A DNA stretch of 64,000 nt from an uncultured Bacteroidales bacterium. Lineage in GTDB: Bacteria > Bacteroidota > Bacteroidia > Bacteroidales > UBA10428. The position numbers and the translations under genes are program-made. The stretch spans positions 774,371 to 838,370 of the forward strand of contig CAVQXX010000012.1 of the NCBI GenBank assembly GCA_963717995.1, written 5' to 3'. Position 1 is the stretch's first letter; each line of letters begins with the position of its first letter. Below are positions 11,244-20,672 of this stretch, one piece after another. The notes under the pieces are model-generated. The model was not told the DNA's origin. It saw only the letters and a list, made by a program, of their open reading frames with translations, and made no database searches.

Positions 11244-12689
11244 TTAAGTCGGGATTACCTCGTTGCCTATCCCGTACAACCGGACCGCATTGTTGTGAAG
11301 CAGGTTGGCGCCTATTTGAATAAGTTCCGGGGCAGACAGCTGCAGCTTACGTTGCTGACTGTTCAGTTTTTCCGTCAGGATCTCCCGTGTAAACAGTGAT
11401 GATCCCGCGGCCATTTCTATGCTTGTACAGTCATGCCCCAGCATGATCTTATGACCCGGTACATAATTCATCCACATCTCCAGGGCTTCACTTAAAAAAT
11501 TCGGGCTAAGCACCGGCATCCAGCAGGTATCGATATACATATTGGGCCTGGTTCGGGCTAAATATCCTGCTTCTTTTAAATAAGGCCAGCAGTGGATCAT
11601 TACGATATTCATCTGTGGATATTTTTGTGCCAGGGATTCCAATGGGAGCGGATTTGAATCAGGCAGGTTATTTGTTCCGACATGTACCTGGTGACCCCAA
11701 CGCCTTTCATGTGCCTGTTTACAGCACTCATGCATTACCCAATCCTGGAAAACAATGATTTCAGCTTCATTCAATGCACCACGAAAACGGATTTCAGAAT
11801 CATTCCGGGATTGAAAGCTAAGGGGACGGAAATAAGCCTGCAATTGTTTAATGCCAGTGGTGTTGTGCTTTGAAGCCAGGTCAAATATATTTTGTATGAA
11901 TTTCCTCCACGATCCGGCATCTGCAGGTTCAATGCCGGCAATAGAAGAAAGAGCATCGCGCCTTGGACTTACCTCTTTCCAGAGATCCAGAAGTGGATCA
12001 ATTCTCATGATCGTATGGGTGAAAGAAAGTTCTTCTTTAGCGGAGGCGGAAGATTCTTCCTGTGTATAAAATTCCGGATGAACGGGACGAATCAGTTCTG
12101 AAAATGAAGCTTGTTTCATCGCGTTCCTGTACCAGATGAAAATATTCTGGTAATTCTGATTTATTGCTGTATCCGCTTTCTTCCAGTCCTCCGGTTTGAA
12201 TGATGCAATATCTGTATTATACAGGTGTTTGATACCCCTGCGCAGACATTGAAAAATACCGGTCAACTGAAAGGATTTGAAGCCTGATATGAATTTTTCC
12301 AGCGCTTTGTCAGGATCTGCAATCCACCATTCTCTTTGTGATGAATAACCTTCTGCTTTTGGCAGGGCCTGCAGATCGATACCATTAGACACCATCGTTG
12401 AGCCCATATATGGATCCAGAACAAGGTCCCAGATGGAAGTGGCACGTTGCGGGCGGGCACCTGCGGTGGTATCGGCACGGAATCCTTCCTGGTCTGGTGC
12501 CATACCGATCGACTCAATACTACCCCAGTGTTCATGGGAGCAAAAATTAGGCAGCGTTTCAAGATTAATTTCCGCTGCATGGTTGGCTGTGCTTTTTTTT
12601 ACGAAAGGGGCCGCATGGGCTGTAGCCATGCTTCCTCCGGCCAGTATGCCTGCACCGGCAATGAATTTCCTTCGGTCGATTTTTATCAT
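11244..12689 (-). CDS. Tat-exported amidohydrolase-fold (metal-dependent TIM-barrel hydrolase/isomerase-like) protein
   Basis: MIKIDRRKFIAGAGILAGG..AHA Tat signal. CSHEHWG (H-x-H) near the N-terminus and IMLGHDCTS near the C-terminus fit amidohydrolase_2/uronate-isomerase-like folds. Confidence 0.5.
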   Translation of the reverse strand: MIKIDRRKFIAGAGILAGGSMATAHAAPFVKKSTANHAAEINLETLPNFCSHEHWGSIESIGMAPDQEGFRADTTAGARPQRATSIWDLVLDPYMGSTMVSNGIDLQALPKAEGYSSQREWWIADPDKALEKFISGFKSFQLTGIFQCLRRGIKHLYNTDIASFKPEDWKKADTAINQNYQNIFIWYRNAMKQASFSELIRPVHPEFYTQEESSASAKEELSFTHTIMRIDPLLDLWKEVSPRRDALSSIAGIEPADAGSWRKFIQNIFDLASKHNTTGIKQLQAYFRPLSFQSRNDSEIRFRGALNEAEIIVFQDWVMHECCKQAHERRWGHQVHVGTNNLPDSNPLPLESLAQKYPQMNIVMIHCWPYLKEAGYLARTRPNMYIDTCWMPVLSPNFLSEALEMWMNYVPGHKIMLGHDCTSIEMAAGSSLFTREILTEKLNSQQRKLQLSAPELIQIGANLLHNNAVRLYGIGNEVIPT

Positions 12690-12877
12690 GTTTATTTGTA
12701 ACTTAAAACTGAATAAATGGATTTCTGAAGGATGTTTTTCAAATATACTGGATTTATTAATCCATACCGCGTGATATCTTTGGTCCGGGTCATTTTGTAT
12801 AAAAGGTTTACCATATCCTGTATTGACAGGCAGTTTGAATTCCTGTAATTTTCTTTTTTTAATAACATAAAGAACAA

Positions 12878-14924
12878 GTGAAGAAATTTATGAAAAAATC
12901 CAATGGCCGGATTTTTCTGGTATGTGCCCTGTTTGTATCCATTCATGCTTACGGACAATGCCAGAATCCCATAAATGCCCTGGTAGTGGAGGATGAATTA
13001 TCAGCTCCTGCTTTTTCATCCCTAAAGATAAATGGGGTGCTTGGAGGCAAGATTGACCAGTGCATTCAGAATGGGGTAATGGTTAGAAATTCCTCGCTGT
13101 ATTCTGCTGCCTTTATGAATAAACTCGATGATGGCGGTGGTTTTACCGGTGAATTCTGGGGAAAATGGTTCACTTCTGCCGCCCTGGGTTATGCATATCA
13201 ACCTACAGCTGCCCATAAAGCCATTTTAGATAAAGCTGTATCAGAATTGCTTAAAGCACAGGATGCTGATGGACGCCTGAGCAGCTATTCGCGCGCACAG
13301 GAATTTGGATTCTGGGATATCTGGGGCAGGAAATATGCCATATTGGGACTCATTGCCTATTATGACCAGACAGGAGACAAAAAGGCGCTGAAAGCAGCCT
13401 GCCGTGCTACTGATGCATTGATTGAGATATCCGGCCCGGGCAAAACAAAGCTCACTGAAACCGGTCTTCAGATATTGGGCTCACTTTCGTCGGTTTCAGT
13501 TCTTGAACCAGTTGTACTTGTTTATGAGCGGACGGGGGATAAGAAATATTTTGATTATGCCAATTACCTTGTGAAACTGTGGAGTGAACCGGATGCCTAT
13601 AATCCAAAAGGCCTCCGTTATATTGAGGATGCCATGGCAGGTGTGGATCCTCTTCTCCTGGCTGCTCCAAAGGCCTATGAAATGATGTCGTGCTATGAAG
13701 GCTTATGCGAATTGTACCGCGTTACCGGTGATCCGAAGCTGCTCGATGCAGTGGTTAAATTCGGTAAAAGTGTTCTGAAAAAAGAGATCATGATCGTAGG
13801 TTCCGGGTCAAGTGCGGAATTATGGTGTGATGGCGCCAAACGCCAGACAGAAATGATGGAACAGCCGATGGAAACCTGCGTCACTGCTACCTGGATGAAA
13901 TTGTGCTACCAGTTGTTAAAACTAACCGGAGATCCGTTATGGGCGGATCAGCTTGAAATATCACTATATAATTCCTTGCTGGGTGCTATGTGTGAAAACG
14001 GTGCCTGGTGGGCTTATTATTCACAGCTTGCCGGAGAACGGATGCCAAGTCCGATGCAGGTTCCGGTTTGCCAGTCGAGCTGCTGTGTGGCAAACGGTCC
14101 CCGAGGTCTGCTGATTACGCCCGGATGGTCGGTTATGGGCAGCAAGAATGGACCTTCCATCAACTTATACAGTGCAGGCAGCTGGCAACACAAGCTGGCC
14201 AACGGGAATGTTGTCAGCCTTTTTCAGGAAACCGATTATCCTGTGAATAAAGACATAACTGTAATTGTGGATCCATCCCGGGCGGAGGAATTTACGGTCA
14301 GTCTGAGGATCCCGTGCCTGGAGCCAAAAGACAATACTTACGGTAAACGGAGAGCCTGTCAGCGCTGTTGCCGGTACCTATGCACGTATTCACCGTAAAT
14401 GGAATAAGGGCGACAGGATTCATCTTGAGCTCGACCTTCGCGGGCGGATCCTCCGGGCCCCGGGAAATGTCAATGACATGGCAGTGATGCGGGGACCGGT
14501 TGTACTTGCCCTGGACAGCAGGATGGTTAAAAGTGAGAACTATAATCTATGGCTTCTTCCGGAGGGTACGCAATGGATACACAAAGACGAACTTGGTGGT
14601 CTGACCTACGTACTTCCCAAACCTTGTCTTACCGAAAACGATCCGGTTCAATATATTGAATTAAAAACGGTAACCGACAAACCTGCAAATGTATGGATGG
14701 CCTTTGAAGTGCCCTTTCTTTACCGGTATACGCATTTCTTCGATCATAAGCAGATGAACCTGGTGATGTGTGATTATGCATCTGCCGGAAATCAATACAC
14801 CACAAGTAATCTCTTCAGGGTTTGGCTGCCACAGCCCTTGTATATGAATGATCTGTTTCCTGGAGAAACCTGGCGTATCCTTTATCGCGACAGTGATACA
14901 CGGCCTGGAGTGGTGGGGAACTAA
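12878..14924 (+). pseudogene. GH127 (DUF1680, beta-L-arabinofuranosidase-type) gene with one frame interruption
   Basis: YEGLCELYRVTGDPKLLD, ETCVTATWMKLCYQLLKLTGD and CQSSCCVANGPRGL are GH127-like. ORFs 12878..14398 and 14478..14924 join if one base near 14315 is removed. This restores RIPSWSQKTILTVNGEPVSAVAGTYARIHRKW, colinear with the paralogue at 43.5 kb. Confidence 0.75.
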
Positions 14925-14930
14925 TGAGGA

Positions 14931-14983
14931 GGTGAGTAGGGAGTAGGGAGAAGTGAGTAGGGAGAAAAGAGTAGGAGTGAGAG
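14931..14983. repeat. imperfect heptamer tandem repeat (GAGTAGG-like, 4 copies) directly after the GH127 stop codon
   Basis: ggtGAGTAGGGAGTAGGgagaagtGAGTAGGgagaaaaGAGTAGGagtgagag. Confidence 0.7.
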
Positions 14984-15089
14984 CGCCCCGGAGGGGCAAA
15001 TCTCAATAACCGTGGGTGAAACCCACGGAAAGGGCGAAGCCCGAAGGACCAGGGATAGGGCAATGCCCGATGATATAAAACAGAAACAT

Positions 15090-16937
15090 ATGAAACCTGC
15101 ATATAAATTGAGAGCAACTATCTTACTGACATTTGGCTTACTTTTCCCCGCTCCGGTTCAGTGCCAGATGTCTCAGGTTAACAGTGATTACTGGACTGCC
15201 ACAGATGCGCTTGGACGCAGAACAACACCTTTCAGTGAATCGGGCGCTGTCAGAAAGGATAAATATGTTGGCATATTTTACCTGACATGGCATACTGATT
15301 TTATGGCTGATTTTTCGCCTGTATTGAATATCCGGGAAATCCTCGAAAAATATCCGGATGCTGTCCGCAAAGTTGATCACCCAGCCTGGAGGGGAATTGA
15401 TGGTGGCGTCTTCTGGTGGGATGAACCCTTGTTCGGTTATTATCGCACCACGGATGACTGGATACTTCGCAAGCATGCCGAATTACTGGCTGATGCTGGG
15501 ATTGATGTAATCGTCATGGATGCTACCAATGGAGCAATTACCTATAAATCGGCTTATACCGAATTGCTGAAAGTATGGGAGCAGGCAAGGAAGGACGGGG
15601 TTAAAACGCCCGGCATTGCTTTCATCCTTCCCTTTGCCGCTAATGATTACAGTCTGGCTTCAATAAAGGAACTCTACAGGGATCTTTATAAACCGGGTTT
15701 ACATAAAGATCTTTGGTTTAACTGGAAGGGAAAACCCCTGATCCTTTCCTATTTCGAGATGCTGACCGACGTTCCGGGTGATCCGGCTGAAACTAAGCTA
15801 CGGCGTGATATAAAGGACTTTTTTACCTTCCGGCCTGCACAACCCGATTATGTGAACGGGCCATCAAGAAATGACCAGTGGGCATGGCTTGAAAATTATC
15901 CCCAGCACGGGTATGTGAAAAAACAGGATGGCGGATTTGAAGAAGTCGCCGTTGGCGTCGCACAGAATGCCAATGATTCAAGCGGCGGACACTGGCATGC
16001 CTTCAATGCCCCCGGTACTTTTGGCAGAAGCTATACAAAAGCTCATGGCCAGGACAACAGGCCTGATGCATATTTATATGGACTGAACTTCCAGGAGCAA
16101 TGGGGCAGGGCATTTGAACTGGATCCTGAGCTTGTTTTTATCTGTGAGTGGAATGAATGGGTGGCCGGCCGCTGGCTGACCCTGGATATGCCGATTGGGA
16201 AACCCTATAAGCCTTTTGCATTTGTTGACCTTTATACGGCAGAGAAAAGCCGCGATATCGAAATGGTGAAATCGTGGGGAAACAAGGGAGATGTCTATTA
16301 TCTTCAGATGATCAGCAATATCAGGAAATTCAAGGGAATGAAGGAACAGGAAGCTCCATCGGCGCCCAAATCATTTACAATCGGAAAATTTGAGGGATGG
16401 CAAAATGTGAAACCGGAATTCCTGAGCTACAGGGGAAACACCATGTCAAGAAATCACAAGGGACAGGGCGACAGCCTTGTATATACAAATTATACCGGGC
16501 GAAATGATATTGTGCTTGCCAGGGTTGCACGGGATAAGGATTATGTGTACTTCTATGTGGAAGCGGCAGCCAGTCTGACTCCCATTACCGATCCAAAATG
16601 GATGAGGTTGTTTATTGATACCGACCGGAATAAAAGTACCGGCTGGGAAGGCTATGATCTTGTAATAAACCGTCTCAATCCGGGAAAGACCGCAGTAGTT
16701 GAAAGGAGCGATAAAGATTGGAATTGGATTAAAAAAGGGGAAACAAAATATTCAATCCGCAATAATATGTTGGAATTGAGAATTCCCCGGACATTGATCA
16801 GTGCAAAGAATGGAAAACTCGATTTTGAATTCAAATGGAGCGACAACATGCAGGAAGAAGGAAATATCATGGATTTCTATGTGAATGGTGACGTAGCGCC
16901 GGGGGGGAGGTTTAACTTCGTTTTCAGGGAACCATAG
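15090..16937 (+). CDS. secreted uncharacterised glycoside-hydrolase-like (TIM-barrel-type) protein with C-terminal beta-sandwich; paralogue of 37168..40605
   Basis: The likely start is the ATG at 15090 (MKPAYKLRATILLTFGLLFPAPVQCQ signal). DYWTATDALGR..KYVGIFYLTWH, WWDEPLFGYYRTTDDWILRKHAELLADAGIDVIVMDATNG and KWMRLFIDTDRNKSTGWEGYDLVINR are shared almost verbatim with the 37.2-kb gene. Confidence 0.5.
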   Translation: MKPAYKLRATILLTFGLLFPAPVQCQMSQVNSDYWTATDALGRRTTPFSESGAVRKDKYVGIFYLTWHTDFMADFSPVLNIREILEKYPDAVRKVDHPAWRGIDGGVFWWDEPLFGYYRTTDDWILRKHAELLADAGIDVIVMDATNGAITYKSAYTELLKVWEQARKDGVKTPGIAFILPFAANDYSLASIKELYRDLYKPGLHKDLWFNWKGKPLILSYFEMLTDVPGDPAETKLRRDIKDFFTFRPAQPDYVNGPSRNDQWAWLENYPQHGYVKKQDGGFEEVAVGVAQNANDSSGGHWHAFNAPGTFGRSYTKAHGQDNRPDAYLYGLNFQEQWGRAFELDPELVFICEWNEWVAGRWLTLDMPIGKPYKPFAFVDLYTAEKSRDIEMVKSWGNKGDVYYLQMISNIRKFKGMKEQEAPSAPKSFTIGKFEGWQNVKPEFLSYRGNTMSRNHKGQGDSLVYTNYTGRNDIVLARVARDKDYVYFYVEAAASLTPITDPKWMRLFIDTDRNKSTGWEGYDLVINRLNPGKTAVVERSDKDWNWIKKGETKYSIRNNMLELRIPRTLISAKNGKLDFEFKWSDNMQEEGNIMDFYVNGDVAPGGRFNFVFREP

Positions 16938-16940
16938 CTG

Positions 16941-17030
16941 GAAGAGGGGGTGATGGGGAGACGGAGGGACGGAGAGACGGAGAGAGGGGGAGACGGGGAG
17001 AGGGGGAGATGAGAGGTGAGAGGTGAGGGT
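16941..17030. repeat. purine-only degenerate 6-8-mer repeat tract (GGAGAC/GGAGAG/GAGAGGT) after a stop codon
   Basis: gaagagggggtgatggggagacggagggacggagagacggagagagggggagacggggagagggggagatgagaggtgagaggtgagggt starts 4 nt after the TAG at 16935-16937. Confidence 0.65.
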
Positions 17031-17077
17031 ATTCATAAATGACAGAAAATTAATTAATTATCACTAATATTTATACG

Positions 17078-20000
17078 ATGAAGTTCAATTTCAAATCATT
17101 TTTTCTCCTGTTTTTTATCTCATTCCCGGCCAGATCATTTTCTCAGCAAATATTCATTAATGAAGCTATGTCGCTAAATGCCAGCATTATTTCTGATGAA
17201 GATGGTGCATACAGCAACTGGATTGAATTGTATAATGCGGCCGATGATCCGGTCAACTTGCAGGGATATGGTTTATCCGATGACAAAAGCAACCTGCTGA
17301 AATGGATATTTCCCGCCACCACAATAACTCCCAAATCACATATCCTGATTTTTACCTCTGGAAAGGATCGCAGTGACATCTATTACTGGGAAAATGTAAT
17401 TCATGAAGGAGATCTGTTCAAATATTCGGTGGACAATGACACAGCACAAAATGCCTGGAACGGGATTGAGTTCGATGATTCCACGTGGCCACAGGGTCCC
17501 AGTGGTTTTGGATTTGGCGACATGGACGATTCAACTGCGCTGAATAATGTGAATTCAGTTTTTATAAGGAAAACTTTCTCAGTGGAGGATGTGACCAAAA
17601 TCAAACGGATGATATTGCATATGGATTATGATGATGGTTTTGTGGCTTATCTGAACGGAGTTGAAATTGCACGTGCCAATATAGGAACCGTCGGTGACAG
17701 ACCGGCCTTTAGTGCCGTAGCCAAAACCTCACATGAGGCTGTCATGTATTCGGGTGGAAAACCCGAGGCTTTTATGATAGAGAACATCACATCACTTTTG
17801 CATAATGGCAGCAACCTGCTTGCCATTCAGGTTCACAATACGGGAAGTGGTTCTACTGACATGACAGCCATTCCTTTTCTTTCCCTGGCCCTGGATGCCC
17901 CTGTGCCGGAGCCGAATATCCTGCCGGAATGGTGGAACCTGGCTGATAACAACCTGCACACAAATTTCGATATTAAATCATCGGGAGAATATATTTCATT
18001 GTCAAATCCGGATGGACAAATTTTAGACAGCCTTCACACAATCGTTTTGCCAATCGATAAATCGTATGGTCGGTTTCCCGACGGAATGGATGAATGGTTC
18101 GTAATGAGTAATCCGACCCCCGCCACATCCAACATCGACACGATCAACATGGGATTATGTGAAAAGCCGGTTTTCTCTCTGGCGGCAGGATTTTATCCGG
18201 GCAGCATATCGATATCCCTTTCCACAAATACACCTAATTCATCCCTGTATTATACTTTGGATGGCAAGGAACCCACCAAAGCATCATTACCTTATTCAAC
18301 AGCGATAAATATCAATTCAACAGGTGTGATAAGAGCCCGCTGTTATTCACCGGAAACCAACCCCAGCCTGATAGCGACCGGCACTTACCTTATCAATGAG
18401 CAAAGTACAATGCCTGTGATTTCGCTGACAACTGATCCTTATAATCTGTATGATCCGGATTATGGAATTTTCCTGTACTGGGATCCGTATTATGAATCCA
18501 ACCTGTTTCAGGATTGGGAAAGACCGGTTCATGTTGAATATTATGAAGCAGACGGAACTCCCGGTTTCAGTCTGGATGCCGGCATGAAAGTTCATGGCGG
18601 TCTTACGCGTGGCCAGTCGCAAAAAGCACTGAACATCTATGCCCGGAATGTATATGGAACAAACCAGATAAATTATAGACTTTTTGATGATCTTTCCCAA
18701 ACCACTTACCAGTCCTTTGTTCTTCGTAATGCTGGAAATGATTTTAAATGGACCATTTTCAGGGATGAGCTCATGCATTCACTTATCCGGAATGAGATGG
18801 ACCTTGAACAATCATCTTACAGACCGTCCATCGTATTTCTGAATGGAGCCTATTACGGGATTGAACATGTACGTGAAAAAATAAATGAGAATTTTATTGC
18901 TGCGCACGCAGGGATTGATAAGGATAAAATTGACATGCTTGAATTCATTCCCCATGACAGCAATGTGAAAGTGCTGAAAGGAAAGGTGGATGCCTGGCAG
19001 CAGATGATTGATTATATCACCGCGAATGATCTTGGAGATAGTGCAAATTTTGCTGCAGTGGCTTCCCGGGTAGATATGGAAAATTTCATTTTATATCAAA
19101 TTGCCCAGATATATTTCGATAATGGCGACTGGCCGGGGAACAATATTAAATGGTGGCGTTCGAACAGTCCTGAAGGGAAATGGAGATGGATACTTTTCGA
19201 CACGGATTTCGGTTTCGGTCTTAGTCCCTTTGGAAATGAAACCGGTGATATGCTCCTTCATTACAAGCACAACACACTGGCAACAGCCACTGCTTCTACG
19301 GGAGAAACATGGCCAAATCCGCCGCATTCTACTTTCCTGTTCCGGAATTTGTTGAAGAATAAAAGCTTTAAGGCACAGTTTATCAATACCTTTTGTGATT
19401 ATTTGAATACCGCTTTTCAGGCATCTGTTGTAAAGGATAAAATCAATGCAATGAAAAATGACCTGGCACCTGAAATTCAGCGGCATCATCAGCGTTTTCC
19501 CGAGTCTGCCGGTAACTGGACCAATGACATCCAGGTGATGAGCACATTTGCCGATCTCAGGGTGGATTATGTGTTTACCCACATCAGAGCAAAATTTGCA
19601 TTACAGTCCACAAAGGTTATTTCCCTGGATGTTTCTGATACCAGCCAGGGCAGGATACAGATCAATACTCAGGTATTAAGGAACTATCCCTGGTCGGGAC
19701 AGTATTTCCCGAAAATTCCGATTATGATCACAGCCAGGCCGGAACCGGGTCACCAGTTTACAGGTTGGAATGATGGGAACAAATCCCTGTCAAGAGTTAT
19801 CGACCTTTCGACCGATCAGTCATATACTGCCTATTTTGAAGAAGTCACTGTCAACAATGATTCCGCCATCGTTATAAATGAAATTAATTATAAATCAGCA
19901 GCAAGCCTGGATACAAAGGATTGGATCGAGTTTTACAATAATTCCGGTGTGACAATGGATATTTCCGGATGGTTATTCCGTGATGACGATGACGAGCATG

Positions 20001-20647
20001 CCTATATATTTCCCGAGCCCACTGTAATTCAACCATACAATTATTTCGTTCTTTGCCGCGATGCACAGGCATTTAAACTTCTCAATCCCGATGCAAAACA
20101 TATGACCGGGGATCTCGATTTTAAACTGTCATCAACAGGTGACGTACTACGGCTGTATAACGCCGGCCGCACACTGATTGACAGGGTAGCTTATGGCAGT
20201 ATTACACCCTGGCCCGACCTGACCGGTATGGAAGGATCTACCCTTGAACTGATCGATCCGGGGCTGGATAATGCATTGCCCTTCAACTGGAAGGCCAGCG
20301 GCAAAAAGGGAGGAAGCCCAGTTGCTGTTAATAGTGGCAGTATTGTTACCGGTATAAGGAAACATTATGGGCCGGAATTGTCTTTGACAAACTATCCCAA
20401 TCCATTTCATGAATCGACAACAATTACCTGTCAGCTTTCAGAAAACGCCCGTGTAACCCTGGCTATTATTAATATGATGGGCCAGACGGTCAATATTCTT
20501 GTCAACCGGGACCAGTCAGCAGGGACCTTCGAGGTTGAATGGAACGGAACTGATGCGGCGGGGACGGAATTGCCATCCGGAATCTATATTTTCAGGCTAT
20601 CGACGGAAAAAGTACAAATATCTCGCAGATTGATGTTAATTCGATAA
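17078..20647 (+). CDS. secreted CotH-family (atypical kinase fold) protein with two lamin-tail domains, a CHB_HEX_C-like domain and a T9SS C-terminal sorting domain
   Basis: LTD motifs IFINEAMS..WIELYNAADDPVNLQGYGLSDD and IVINEINY..WIEFYNNSGVTMDISGWLFRDDDD. CotH-like FVLRNAGNDFKWTIFRDELMHSL and YFDNGDWPGNNIKWWR. CTD LTNYPNPFHESTTI...GIYIFRLS. Confidence 0.8.
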   Translation: MKFNFKSFFLLFFISFPARSFSQQIFINEAMSLNASIISDEDGAYSNWIELYNAADDPVNLQGYGLSDDKSNLLKWIFPATTITPKSHILIFTSGKDRSDIYYWENVIHEGDLFKYSVDNDTAQNAWNGIEFDDSTWPQGPSGFGFGDMDDSTALNNVNSVFIRKTFSVEDVTKIKRMILHMDYDDGFVAYLNGVEIARANIGTVGDRPAFSAVAKTSHEAVMYSGGKPEAFMIENITSLLHNGSNLLAIQVHNTGSGSTDMTAIPFLSLALDAPVPEPNILPEWWNLADNNLHTNFDIKSSGEYISLSNPDGQILDSLHTIVLPIDKSYGRFPDGMDEWFVMSNPTPATSNIDTINMGLCEKPVFSLAAGFYPGSISISLSTNTPNSSLYYTLDGKEPTKASLPYSTAININSTGVIRARCYSPETNPSLIATGTYLINEQSTMPVISLTTDPYNLYDPDYGIFLYWDPYYESNLFQDWERPVHVEYYEADGTPGFSLDAGMKVHGGLTRGQSQKALNIYARNVYGTNQINYRLFDDLSQTTYQSFVLRNAGNDFKWTIFRDELMHSLIRNEMDLEQSSYRPSIVFLNGAYYGIEHVREKINENFIAAHAGIDKDKIDMLEFIPHDSNVKVLKGKVDAWQQMIDYITANDLGDSANFAAVASRVDMENFILYQIAQIYFDNGDWPGNNIKWWRSNSPEGKWRWILFDTDFGFGLSPFGNETGDMLLHYKHNTLATATASTGETWPNPPHSTFLFRNLLKNKSFKAQFINTFCDYLNTAFQASVVKDKINAMKNDLAPEIQRHHQRFPESAGNWTNDIQVMSTFADLRVDYVFTHIRAKFALQSTKVISLDVSDTSQGRIQINTQVLRNYPWSGQYFPKIPIMITARPEPGHQFTGWNDGNKSLSRVIDLSTDQSYTAYFEEVTVNNDSAIVINEINYKSAASLDTKDWIEFYNNSGVTMDISGWLFRDDDDEHAYIFPEPTVIQPYNYFVLCRDAQAFKLLNPDAKHMTGDLDFKLSSTGDVLRLYNAGRTLIDRVAYGSITPWPDLTGMEGSTLELIDPGLDNALPFNWKASGKKGGSPVAVNSGSIVTGIRKHYGPELSLTNYPNPFHESTTITCQLSENARVTLAIINMMGQTVNILVNRDQSAGTFEVEWNGTDAAGTELPSGIYIFRLSTEKVQISRRLMLIR

Positions 20648-20672
20648 AAATGAATAACTTAATCTGAATATC

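Noticed and set aside
15012-15089. The N-terminal extension MGETHGKGEARRTRDRAMPDDIKQKH of ORF 15012..16937
   Set aside because: It starts with GTG inside a hairpin-rich spacer. The signal peptide begins at the ATG at 15090, so the extension is most likely non-coding.
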